From positions 38,911-102,910 of the forward strand of contig CAVYHV010000028.1 in the NCBI GenBank assembly GCA_963768425.1: a DNA stretch of 64,000 bases, written 5' to 3'. Origin of the DNA: Candidatus Bathyarchaeota archaeon. Lineage in GTDB: Archaea > Thermoproteota > Bathyarchaeia > Bathyarchaeales > Bathycorpusculaceae. A program made the position numbers and the translations under genes. Shown piece by piece: positions 9,182-19,737 of the stretch. Under the pieces are notes generated by a model. It searched no databases. It had not been told where the DNA came from and saw nothing but the letters and a program-made list of their open reading frames with translations. Position 1 is the stretch's first letter; each line of letters starts with the position of its first letter.

Positions 9182-11308
9182 CTAAACATGAAATACTCCA
9201 TGCGAGAAGCAGGTCGATTAGTTTGATTCCGATGAATGGCACGATAACTCCGCCTACACCGTAGATTAAAGTGTTCTTGAGGAACAGCGTCATGGTGCTG
9301 GTTGGTTTGAAGGCGATGCCGCGCATAGCAAGCGGAATCAGAAGCGGAATGATTATTGCGTTAAAGATGAGAGCTGACAACACAGCGCTTTGCATAAGAC
9401 CCAAATGCAAGATGTTAAGGCTGCTCAGTTGTGGAATGGCGACTGCGAAGATAACTGGCATGATTGCGAAGTATTTTGACAGTCGTTGGCGATGCTGAAA
9501 GCTGTAACTGCGCCTCTGGTCATCAGCAGTTGTTTTCCCAACATGACAACGTCGATTATTTTTGCTGGGTTAGATTCCAAGTCAACCATGTTTGCGGCTT
9601 CTTTTGCTGCTTCAGTGCCAGAGTTCATTGCTAACCCAACATCTGCAGCTGAAAGTGCTGGCGCGTCGTTGGTTCCGTCGCCAATCATGGCTACGATTCT
9701 GTTTTCAGCCTGCTCTCTTTTAGCTATTTTATATTTGTCTTCAGGTTTAGCTTGAGCAACGTACTCGTCGATTCCAACTTCTGCAGCGATGCTTTTTGCA
9801 GTAAGCGGCTGGTCGCCAGTAATCATGACGGGGCGAATTCCCATGATTTTGAGCGCTTGAATCTTTTCTTTGATGCCTTCTTTAAGCACATCTTTAAGCC
9901 TGATTATTCCGATAGCTACGCCGTTTCGCATGATGGCTATGGGGGTTTCTCCAGCTGCAGAAATGCCTTCCACAACTAAATCATAGTTTTTGGGAACAGT
10001 AGTTGACAGTTTTTTGATTGATTCAGGAGCGCCTTTCATAATGTCAATTTCGGGTTCAAGCATGTCAGCTTCAGTTTCTTCCAGCTGCAATAGAGGCTTT
10101 TCTTCGAATTCGCATTCGCTCTCTTCCTGACTTGTCGCCTTTTGGCAGGGTGAGACCAGATGTGAGTTATTTTTACTCCGCTTGTTCGGGTGACAGCTGA
10201 GAAGGGGTATACTTCTGAGGTTGCAAGTGAGTTTAGTTCTTTTGGCACGAAGCCTTTTTCGTAGGCAAGTTTCAGTATGCTTCGTCCTTCAGGGGTGTCA
10301 TCGTGCCAAGAGGACAGGAACGCTGCTTCGCCGACATCTTCTTCCGTGTAGCCTTCAAACGCGAACGAACTCTATGGCTTGTCGGTTGCCCACGGTGATT
10401 GTGCCTGTCTTATCTAAGAGGACAACATCTGCGTCTCCTGCGGTTTCTATGGCTTTGCCTGATTTTGCGATGATTTTGCTTTTGTAGAGTCGGGACATGC
10501 CTGAGAGACCGATGGCTGGCAGCAGGGCGCCTATGGTTGTGGGAAGAAGGCAAACGTAGAGTGCAATGAGCACTGACAAGTCGGCTCCAAGGCCAAGCGT
10601 TACTGATGTGCCAAGCAATGCAACTATGATTATGGTGAATATGGCGGTTAAGCCGATGAGAACCATGGTTATGGCAACTTCGTTTGGAGTCTTTGGTCGC
10701 TTGGAGGATTCCACCATCTTTATCATTTGGTCGATGAAGGTTTCTCCAGGGTTAGTTGTAACCTTCGCCGTCAAAGTGTCGCTGGCAAGACGTGAACCTC
10801 CGATAAGCGAATCTCCAGGCGCCTTCCTGACAGGGGCTGATTCGCCTGTGACAAGCGACTCATCAACCATCGCAATTCCCTCGATAACATCAGCGTCTAA
10901 GGGAACAATGTCGCCTGCTTCAATGTGGACCAGGTCGTCTTTTCTAAGCTCAGTTGATTTCACAGTCACTATTTTTCTAGTCCATTCTTCAGTGATTATT
11001 TTCTTGCTGGGCACTTCTGTTTCCAGTTTTCCGAGGCTTCCAGCGGTGCTTTTTGCTTGTTGCTCTGCAAGCGCATCAGAGAGCGTGCTGAACCAGACTG
11101 TGATTAGGAGGATGACGGCGACTTCAATGTAGAAGATTTGCAGGCTGGGGCTAGCTACTGGCACGAATGCTTGTGGGACTATAGCCATCGCTGCGACGAT
11201 GAAGAATGTGATTTCAACGATGAACATCACTGGGTTTTTGAGCAGAGATTTAGGATTGAGGCGAACGACAGAGTCAACTAGCACTTTTCTGGAGAAGGCT
11301 GACCGCAT
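9182..11308 (-). CDS. kdpB: K+-transporting P-type ATPase subunit B (frameshifted)
   Basis: KNPVMF, TGESAP, DKTGT phosphorylation motif, [19 protein letters not shown]. Confidence 0.95.
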
Positions 11309-11353
11309 TCCAGTGGGCGCCGATTCTTTGCTTTCTCTGAATTCAACGGGTTT

Positions 11354-13022
11354 TCATTGGCCAAAGCCGTTCACCAATCCTTTGAAGAATGATGCTATTG
11401 GTCCAATTGCCAGGAACGGGAAGAACGTCAACACCACCAGTATGATGATGCTGGCAACCAAGACTATAGTGAATATCAGCGTGTCAGTTTTTAGACCCGA
11501 AGTTGTTCCGCCGCGTTTTCTGCCAATCATTGAACCTGAAAGCGCCAACAATATGGCTATGGGAGCATAGCGTCCAATGAGCATCACGATGGCGGTTGCT
11601 ATGTTGAAGAACGGCGTGTTTGCTGAGGCACCTAAGAAGTCTGAGCCGTTGTTGGCGGCGGCGCTGGTGAATTCATAGAGAATCTGCGTGTACCCGACAG
11701 AGTTTCCACTCACTCCTATCGCAGATACTGCACCTGACGCGTAGGCTACCACGGTAGGTATAAGTATGATGATTGGATGAATAAGAAACGCAATCATTAC
11801 AAGTTTAACGTCGCGTCCTGTGATTTTCATGCCTAAGTATTCAGGGGTTCTTCCCGACATGAAACCGACGATGAAGACTGTTATTATAATGTACATGACC
11901 ATGTACATCATGCCTACGCCTTTTCCGCCTGGAATTGACTGAATAAACATGCCCAAGAAACCCAGAAAGTATCGTCAGAGGATGGTTTCCCAGTAAAGCT
12001 GAGTTCAGCGAGCCTGTTGTAGCGGCGGTTGTTGTGACAGTATAGAAACTGGACATGAAGCCGCCGAACCGGACTTCAATGCCTGGAGCCACCAAGGGAA
12101 GGGCTGGAATGAACGCTATGACTAAGATTTACTCCGAAGAGAATGTAAGCGCCCCACAGAAGCGGTCTGGATTCGGTTTTTTTGCCAATCATTTGTCCGA
12201 AAACAAAGATTAACGCTGTGGGAAGCAGAAGCATAAGAGAAATCATGAGGATGTTGGTAATCGGCGAGGGATTCATGAAGGGGTAGGCAGCGTTTGCCCC
12301 GTAGTATCCGCCGCCGTTGGTGCCTATTTGCATGATGGAGTCAAGAGAAGCCACTGGCCCAACAAAAATTGTTTGCGCGGCGCCTTCTATGGTTTTTACT
12401 GTGGTGTAGCCGTTGAGGGTTTGGGGTACGCCTAAGGCGAGAAAGATTATTGCAGCTATAATGGCAGAGTGGCAGGAAAATTCTTGTTATGGATCTGGTG
12501 AAGTCAACGTAGAAGTTGCCCATGTCTTTGGAGCCAACGACCAATCCGCGGATAAATGCGATGCCCATGCAAAGTCCCGTTATTGCGGAGGTAACATTGA
12601 AGCCATTGCAGAACGCCCATTTGGCTAAGATATGAAAAAGCGGCTTCGCCACTATAATGCTGCAGATCCGTGTTTGTTGCAAACGAGACTACTTGCATGA
12701 AGGCAAGGTCAGGATGTATGCCGGGGAAACCCATGGGATTAAGCGGCAAATTGCCTTGGAAGACAAGGATCAGAAAGCCAATAACCATCATAACAACGTT
12801 TAGCAGCAAGCCTGCAAGGAAGTACTGTTTCCAACCCATCGTCTGCTCTGTGTTTACGCCTGTGATTTTGTAGATGAAGTTCTCGATTGGATTGAATATT
12901 TTGTCTAGACGGCTTGGTTTTCGCTTAAAGACTCCGGTGATGTAGGGCGCTATAAGCCAAGCTAAGAGTATTGTTACTCCAAGTATAAGGATAACTGACA
13001 GCGCTTGAACTGCATCGATCAA
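11354..13022 (-). CDS. kdpA: K+-transporting ATPase subunit A (frameshifted)
   Basis: [44 protein letters not shown] filter motifs. Confidence 0.95.
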
Positions 13023-13074
13023 TTAATCCGAAACTCCAAATAACATTTGTGTTCACTATGGCTCCTATCCCCAA

Positions 13075-13362
13075 CTAAGTGGTTGATGTAATGTTGGTTT
13101 TTTCTTGGCACCTTGGTCCTTTATGAGGCTGCAATATTATAGTGCTTATGGTGCTTTTTACGCCTTTAATTTTCATGATTTGCTTCTGCAGAATATCTCG
13201 AAATTCTTCAAGCGTTGAAGTGCAAACTAGGGTGACGATGTCGTATTCGCCTGCGACTTCGTAGACTTCTTCAATGTTGTTAAGCTTTGACAGAGCAGCT
13301 AATACATTGTCTATTTGTGTTGACTCGGCGAAGATGTTGACTGAAGCTAAGAAACGGCTCAT
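13075..13362 (-). CDS. Stand-alone Lrp/AsnC ligand-binding (RAM) domain protein, HKGPRC subtype
   Basis: VYEVAGEYDIV...IKGVKSTISTII; GGAGG SD; directly upstream of kdpA. Confidence 0.85.
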   Translation of the reverse strand: MSRFLASVNIFAESTQIDNVLAALSKLNNIEEVYEVAGEYDIVTLVCTSTLEEFRDILQKQIMKIKGVKSTISTIILQPHKGPRCQEKTNITSTT

Positions 13363-13445
13363 TTTAAGCCGCCTCCATCAACACAACAGAACACATTGAA
13401 ACACAATTTAAGTTGTAACATAATCATCGATTCCGAGGAGAGTTC

Positions 13446-13547
13446 TCATGGAACCTCTTTGAGGTTCTTTCCTATTTTGATAAAGAAGGCTGAAAAATAG
13501 ACTGCTTCTTTTGCACTATCAGAGATTTCTGATTTAGAGTATTGCAT
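13446..13547 (-). CDS. Putative 33-aa leader ORF (MQYSKSEISDSAKEAVYFSAFFIKIGKNLKEVP)
   Basis: First ORF after the kdp promoter; AGGAG upstream. Confidence 0.35.
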   Translation of the reverse strand: MQYSKSEISDSAKEAVYFSAFFIKIGKNLKEVP

Positions 13548-13592
13548 TTAGAGCCTTCTTTTTCTCCTTTTAACATAGGGTATGGAATCCAT

Positions 13593-13622
13593 TATTTAAG
13601 GTTGATTGTGATTTGTTCATAC
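13593..13622 (-). promoter_or_regulatory. (G)TATGAAC box + 14 bp + TATA, copy 2 (RAM-kdpABC promoter)
   Basis: GTATGAAC AAATCACAATCAAC CTTAAATA on the - strand. Confidence 0.8.
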
Positions 13623-14144
13623 TTTCTTAATAATGTCATGAACATTTTGTGAAAATAATTGAAAAAGTTAGAAAAAAAGCATAGACAAAAGGAACAAACT
13701 TGAAAGTTTATTGGTTGAGCTACCTAAATCACTGAACGAAAAACCGTCTTCACAGCACTTTGTTGCGCCATTTTCCAGCATTCAAGTAGTTTTTGGCGCG
13801 TTTGTTTAATGCATGCTCGTGCTGTTCCACTGATATACCAGTGGGTCAGCCATTTTGGCAAAGCACTGTCCAATCTAAAAGGGTCAGGAGGAGCCAGGCG
13901 TTTGTCCGGGCCAATTGGAACTATTAAGGTGGAATTAGTACACGTAAAGATGTTTCAAAGATTTTCTTAGGATGGCACTTCTTTTAGACACCATATTTGG
14001 AAGAGGAAACTTTACCTCCAATTCGCAAAGGCGATGTGTTTAAATCCAAGAAAGATGTCGACTACAGCACATGTCCAAACAAATCGCAATTTCTCAGCCA
14101 AACGTCTAAGTTTCTAATTTATCTCTGTCACAGCTTTTTTGTTT

Positions 14145-14184
14145 TTCATAAAAGTTATGAACGATTCACAATTACATTTATATA
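14145..14184 (+). promoter_or_regulatory. TTCATAA-N3-TTATGAA palindrome + 14 bp + TATA, copy 3
   Basis: TTCATAA AAG TTATGAAC GATTCACAATTACA TTTATATA. Confidence 0.8.
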
Positions 14185-14235
14185 GGATGCTCTATCAATA
14201 GAGATTGTTCAATAAAATTTAAATCAGGTGGAAAA

Positions 14236-14331
14236 ATGTTTGGATTATTAGATTTAGTCTGGACATGCGTAATATTAGGGTCAATTGCGACGATTGGCTA
14301 CCAGATTCGTTTACAGCTAAGAATAAAGTAA
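14236..14331 (+). CDS. Single-TM microprotein, 31 aa (MFGLLDLVWTCVILGSIATIGYQIRLQLRIK)
   Basis: AGGTGG SD, own promoter, paralog of 7612..7716. Confidence 0.7.
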   Translation: MFGLLDLVWTCVILGSIATIGYQIRLQLRIK

Positions 14332-14634
14332 CGCCGTAAAATTCACGCCTTTGTTTACACCTCCAATATTACCATTTTTTATTGAAAAGAGCCAAAATAT
14401 GCAATGCGAAGCAGCATAAAATAGCCAATCTTTATGGCAGTTCGAAATGTTTGTGTAAGCGATGGCAAGGCAATAGACCTCAAGGTCATAGGCCGTTTTA
14501 GGTTTTGCTATAGGAAGCGCGTTGTTTTGTCCTCTTTTCTTGCACGTAACTAATTTTTTGTTTGTTCAACAAAAACATCCGTCAATGGTATTTTGTACAC
14601 TAATTTACTGATTTAACCAAAATACTTACAGTTA

Positions 14635-14674
14635 TTCATAATTATTATGAACAAATCTTAACCAAGTTTATATT
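14635..14674 (+). promoter_or_regulatory. TTCATAA-N3-TTATGAA palindrome + 14 bp + TATA, copy 4
   Basis: TTCATAA TTA TTATGAAC AAATCTTAACCAAG TTTATATT. Confidence 0.8.
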
Positions 14675-14716
14675 TCCTAGATTTGCTATGTTGTACTAAA
14701 AGTTCGGTGTTACTAG

Positions 14717-14854
14717 ATGAAAAAGGAAATGGAATCTCCAAATGTGAAAAAGACAAGCAGAAAGCACGTCGCATTACTCGTTAAAAAAGGGAAAAAAGTA
14801 TTTCCCGCTATTTCCAGCTTGCCATTTAGAGGAGGGAAAATAGATACCTACTGA
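14717..14854 (+). CDS. Putative Lys-rich 45-aa ORF upstream of the APC permease
   Basis: MKKEMESPNVKKTSRKHVALLVKKGKKVFPAISSLPFRGGKIDTY; GGTG SD. Confidence 0.4.
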   Translation: MKKEMESPNVKKTSRKHVALLVKKGKKVFPAISSLPFRGGKIDTY

Positions 14855-14888
14855 CTCTACAGGTGAACAAACGCAGAAGTCCCCGGCA

Positions 14889-16452
14889 TTGAAAAAAACT
14901 CTCGGCCTCGGAGGCGTTACGATAAACGCCATGGCCTTGATTGCTCCAGGAGCATTCTTATGGCTCACTTTCCAGATAAACGCAGCCCAGACCTCGCCGG
15001 CTGGCGCTTCAACAGCTAACGACATATTTTTTGGCCTTACAATAGCATTAATTTTGGCGTTCCTAACTGCCGCTTCTTATTCGTGGCTAGCACAACGTTA
15101 CCCCGATGCTGGTCCTGGCAGTTCGTATTATTTTGCTCAAAGAGCCTTGCTAGACAACGGAGCCAGCAACACTTCGAGCTAGAAACGCCAAGTTCGGTGT
15201 CGGATGGATTTCTCACCTCTACTACTGGGTTTATCCAGGGGTCATGGTTGCAGCAATGTCTATCCTGCTTACATGGATTTTATCTGTACTAGGTTTCGGC
15301 GTTTCTCCATTAGGCGAAATAGCTATTGCCTGTGTATTTGCAGTCGTTACAGGTGCTATAGCGTACCGCGGGATTCAAGGATCAACGAAAACGAACCTTC
15401 TTCTCAACGTAGTTCAAATCGGGATGCTTGTCGTCATCACTGGAATGGCATTGGCATTCCGTCTTACGAACCCTCAACATGTAAGCTTCACTTTCACTAG
15501 CCTTGGCGGAATAGTTACACCTCACGATATCAGCTTCGTGCTATTTCAAGCAACCATCGCTATCTTAGTACTAGTCGGATTCGAATCCGCAACTGCTTAC
15601 ACCGGAGAAGCCAAAGATCCCAAGGTCGTTCCAAAAGCAATCATCTTGTCATTGATTATTCAAGGAGCCTTCGCGTATCTGTTCGAGTACTTCGGAGCTG
15701 AGGCATGGATGAACTCCAGCTACACCATAACTTCTGGCGGCAAGATTTATTCAGGATTTGGCGCTGCTGCGGTCTCAAGCGCTCCCATTGGTGATATGGT
15801 TCGCAACCTTGGGAACGTATTCCTCGGAGGCAACGGCTTCACACTAGAGTTAATAATAGCTGCAATCGTGGCCGCTGCAATATTAGGTACTACCCTCGCA
15901 TGCATGAACACTGGTGTTAGAGTAACCTACGCTATTAGCCGAGACACCGAAGTACCTTATCACCTTAGCAAGCTAAACCCAAAATACTCTACTCCAGCGA
16001 TCGGGATCTGGGTAATGACCGCCGTTGCAGCCGCCATAGGATCTTTCGGAGTACTGACGATAACAAACCTAACATCTATTACGTTGCTATCTAACTTTGG
16101 CACCTTCCTGCTTTACGGACTAACAAACATTGTCGCACTGATCGCCTTCACTAAAGAGAGAGCTTCAATACTAAAACGCAGAGTAATTCCAATCGCAGGC
16201 TTCGCTGCTAACGCAGTCATGATGGCCACTATTGTGTACCTCAGCTTTGCAGGCGGAGGGGCTTCAGCATCAGAAGGAATCTTTGCTATAGCTGGCACGG
16301 CAATATGGTTGGGAATAGGGTTAATCTATTTCCGGTTTAACTCAAAATCAAAGCCTTCCGGTTTGTTTCCGTTCCCAGGCAAAGATGAGGACGAAAGCGA
16401 GCCAACGAAGGCTGTCAAATCCAGAACCCTAATGTTCTGGAAAAAAGATTAA
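14889..16452 (+). CDS. APC-superfamily (amino acid/cation) permease, split near 15180
   Basis: LGL.G...NAMALIAPG, YPDAGPGSSYYFA, GFESAT..GEAKDP; about 12 TM. Confidence 0.88.
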
Positions 16453-16740
16453 ACCCCATTTTTCCCTTTTTTGTTATATAAGAAGAATAACAATGCTCAG
16501 CATTTCCAGATTATTGTTGTTCTTCTAAAAAAAGCATTCTTGAATAGAGATAGTGGAGATGCAATCGTATAGGAAATCGGCTTTTCACTCCCAACTTTAT
16601 CATTACGGCTGTTACAAACCGCTATTGACTATTTTAGACTCAACCTACAATCAATCCAAAACCCATTTCAAAAGAGCAAACAAAAACACAAAAAAACTGC
16701 CAGCTTACAAATTAGGGGTGCCCTCTGTTTCACTGTTTAC

Positions 16741-16851
16741 TTATTTTTTCCTTAAAATTCTTTTTCGAAAGATGCTGTGCGGTTGTCCTCGAGAGTCCAG
16801 AATAACTTGTTCTTCAACATCTCGTTTTGTCTCTTTGGTAACTTTCTTCAA
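16741..16851 (-). CDS. Putative basic 36-aa ORF (MKKVTKETKRDVEEQVILDSRGQPHSIFRKRILRKK)
   Basis: TTG start with GGTG SD, directly downstream of motif copy 5. Confidence 0.5.
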   Translation of the reverse strand: MKKVTKETKRDVEEQVILDSRGQPHSIFRKRILRKK

Positions 16852-16893
16852 TTGTAACACCAATTCAAGTTTAGCAATCAAGACGTTAAAACA

Positions 16894-16923
16894 AATATAA
16901 ACATAGTTAATATTTGTTCATAA
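16894..16923 (-). promoter_or_regulatory. TTATGAAC box + 14 bp + TATA, copy 5
   Basis: TTATGAAC AAATATTAACTATG TTTATATT on the - strand, preceded by CTCTTAA-AAG half-site. Confidence 0.8.
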
Positions 16924-17009
16924 CTTTTAAGAGAAATAAAAATTATTTTCAATAAAAACACTAAACTCTAAACATATCATAATATTTTTCGAAAACTCAA
17001 ATCCAAAGG

Positions 17010-17933
17010 CTAAAAGCGACCGAGCAACAACCCGATCGAAAAGCTCAACAGCGGAGCCAGCACCCAGCTTAACACAATAATAAGAAACGGCTTAGCAGAA
17101 ACGAGCTTGGACTTGTAAGATATCCCTGCACCGAAAACCGACGCAGAAAGCGCCTGTGTGTTAGACAGAGGAATCTTCAGCAGGGTAGCCGCCTCTACAA
17201 GAACCGTGGAAGTCAAAAGAGACACCGTCGCATTCGGGTACCTCATTAGAAAAAGCTCCTCTGAAACCCTACGAATCTCACCGGCACTCAAAAAGAAAGC
17301 ACCGATGAAAATTGCAATCACAGCTACTAAAACTAAAGGTAATGAAAACCCGCCTGTGGCGACTATTAAGCCAAGGGTGTTTGCCCCCAACACATACGAA
17401 GTAGAAAGCGCCAGAGCTATAAGGATAATCTTGTAGATCTGCAGTCTCCGCCAAAAATTCTTCGGTTTACTTCTATTGATGATTCGCAGCAGGTAAAACG
17501 AGAAGGCAATGGCAATCAGAGGAGCAGCAACCCACATAAACGCAACTTCAGCCACATACATGCCGCTACTAAAAGCGCCCTGTGCAACAGACAAGCCTGC
17601 AAGCATCCCGACGAGCGACATGCTAACAGACATTGGCGCCCTAATCAAGTCGGCGATAATAAAAATCAATGTGGCGACAAGCAAAGCTTCAGCTCGAAAC
17701 TGAACAGCGCCGCTTGGCAACAGCAGATTGACTGTTTTTGTCATTCCTGCTCCTTGGGCAATAAGTCCTAGGGAAAAACCAGCGGCGCCAAGCAACATCC
17801 CGAACCGTTTACTTATTATTCTAGAGCCCACAGCGGGACCGACGCATGCAGACAGGTTGTTGCCTGCAACTAGCATAACTGCAACAAAAGTTAAGAGGAC
17901 AACTGCCGTGGAGAGCCAAATCATCAGGGTCAC
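17010..17933 (-). CDS. pit: PiT-family inorganic phosphate transporter
   Basis: AGNNLSAC.G..VGS and GANTLG repeats, P.S.TQ motif; follows a DUF47 gene. Confidence 0.8.
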   Translation of the reverse strand: MTLMIWLSTAVVLLTFVAVMLVAGNNLSACVGPAVGSRIISKRFGMLLGAAGFSLGLIAQGAGMTKTVNLLLPSGAVQFRAEALLVATLIFIIADLIRAPMSVSMSLVGMLAGLSVAQGAFSSGMYVAEVAFMWVAAPLIAIAFSFYLLRIINRSKPKNFWRRLQIYKIILIALALSTSYVLGANTLGLIVATGGFSLPLVLVAVIAIFIGAFFLSAGEIRRVSEELFLMRYPNATVSLLTSTVLVEAATLLKIPLSNTQALSASVFGAGISYKSKLVSAKPFLIIVLSWVLAPLLSFSIGLLLGRF

Positions 17934-18612
17934 TTAAGGATTGACGTAACCACAGACACAATCAGAGAGGAAAAGTCTGAGCAGTCGTTTAAGATGTCTT
18001 CGCAATTGTGTAGCATTTTTTCGTAGTGGTAAAATTCCAGGTAATTCAGCTGCGGTGTTATGGCATACAGCCTGTCGAACCCTTGGTCCTTGATGTCGTC
18101 TCCCTGCTCCTCTAAGGTTTGTATATCCTTATGTAGCGTGGAAATCTCTGCCATATCCGAAGAGAGGAGCGCCAGCTTGAGCTTTGCAAGCGATTTTTCT
18201 ACAAGTCCAAGCATGATATCATAAACAGAATTCCAGTCGGCATGGTGCATTTCAAGCCCAGCGGAATATGCTACTGCCATTCTATCAGCTCACGGCTAAT
18301 GTGAAGACATGTGTGAACAACATCGCCGATTAACGCGGCGCATTTAAGCAGGCTGTCGATGACGTTGGGGCTGACTGCGCCTCCTGTGATGTCTTCGCTG
18401 ACTTTGAAGCCAACTTCACTGGCTTTCTTCTGCAGCGTCTGGACTGCGCGCATGGATTCAGTCAGCTGGCTATTCGTAGGATCCATTTTGAACATTCTTC
18501 CCAGAAGCGCGTTAGCCTCAGTCGCTATGTCAACTATCTGAGATAGCTCGCCAAAAATATTTTTTTCGCCAACAACCAAGATACCCTTGAGACTCTTCAA
18601 CCGAAACGCCAC
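17930..18612 (-). CDS. DUF47/PhoU-like Pit accessory protein (frameshifted)
   Basis: IQTLEEQGDDIK...EDILN helical-bundle pattern; upstream of pit. Confidence 0.75.
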
Positions 18613-18724
18613 TCCCTTAAAACAATGAAAGCTTAAGCAATATTAAACTTTACAAATTTCGACAATCCCCAAAAACGCGACCTAAGGTAAAGGCAATAGG
18701 AGACGAGTAAAATCAGATTTAACG

Positions 18725-19165
18725 CTATATCACTTTACTATATTCCTTCACGGCGTTGAGTGCCACCAGCGTGGTGGTTCTCTTGATGAATTTTTCAGTT
18801 AAGAGTTTCTTTAAGAAGGCGTTTAGGGTGGGGTTGTCTTGGAACTTCGCGAAGACGACCGCGTCGTATTCCCCAGTTATGTCGTAAACGGAGAGTACGT
18901 TGCCTTCTTTGGCTATTTGGTCTTCAACTTCTCGAATATGTCCGCCTTCGATTTGGATCATGATTATGGCAGTTAGAGCGTACCCCATTTTTGCAGAGTC
19001 AACGATGGGAATGTACCCAAGTATCACTCCTTTCTGCTCAAGGGCTTGCAGGTGATTATGGAGAATGTTTGGGGTTACACCTACTTTTTGAGCTAACTTG
19101 CGTAGGCTTAGACGTGAATCGTCTTCCAATGTGCGTATTATTTGCATATCGAGAGTGTCTGACAT
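18725..19165 (-). CDS. Full-length Lrp/AsnC transcriptional regulator
   Basis: DTLDMQIIRTLEDDSRLSLRKLA HTH plus YDITGEYD ligand domain; probable start MSDTLD. Confidence 0.9.
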   Translation of the reverse strand: MSDTLDMQIIRTLEDDSRLSLRKLAQKVGVTPNILHNHLQALEQKGVILGYIPIVDSAKMGYALTAIIMIQIEGGHIREVEDQIAKEGNVLSVYDITGEYDAVVFAKFQDNPTLNAFLKKLLTEKFIKRTTTLVALNAVKEYSKVI

Positions 19166-19532
19166 GTTTGTTGGGCTTTTTTTGGGTTTTAAGCCCAAAT
19201 TTCTCACGCCCCGTTGGTTTGCTTGACGTTTGTTTAGTAAATCAAGGAATATATAAACATCACCGCACGGAAATTGAAACAATGTAAACATTGTTGGAGT
19301 TTCAAGAGTGTCAAGTAGACAATCGATGTATGGACGTTTAACGAATGTACAATACTCAGTATAAACCTCTGTGCCGGTTAGACGAAGAGGTAACTCATGA
19401 TGGCCCACAGAGGAGGGGCTGAACAGCAGCGTACTGTTAGGTTATTTGTCATAAGCGCCCAAATCTTGAAATAAGCATAAAGCTTCAGGCGAAAACGAAG
19501 GGGGATTAAATTTTGGGCAACGCTCTTCACGA

Positions 19533-19602
19533 GTGTATCAACAAAGTGTATTGACAAAGTGTATATACATTTGACCGACCGGTCGGCTTGTACACACAAG
19601 AA
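19533..19602 (+). repeat. Dispersed ~70-bp element, copy A (three 13-bp units plus CCGACCGGTCGG palindrome)
   Basis: Aligns by eye with 28367..28436. Confidence 0.8.
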
Positions 19603-19737
19603 GGAGGAGGCTTCCTTGTTGACAAATAACTTAAAATTACGGAACAGCTGCAAAGTTTATTTCCTTGCACAGTATAACTTAATAAATCCTGTCGTAAGTG
19701 GGATAATCTATTCAATCCCCAAAAACGGTTTAATCTG

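Noticed and set aside
13023-13074. Canonical kdpF between the RAM gene and kdpA
   Set aside because: Only about 50 bp; reads better as a frameshifted KdpA N-terminus (…WSFGLID-AVQ)
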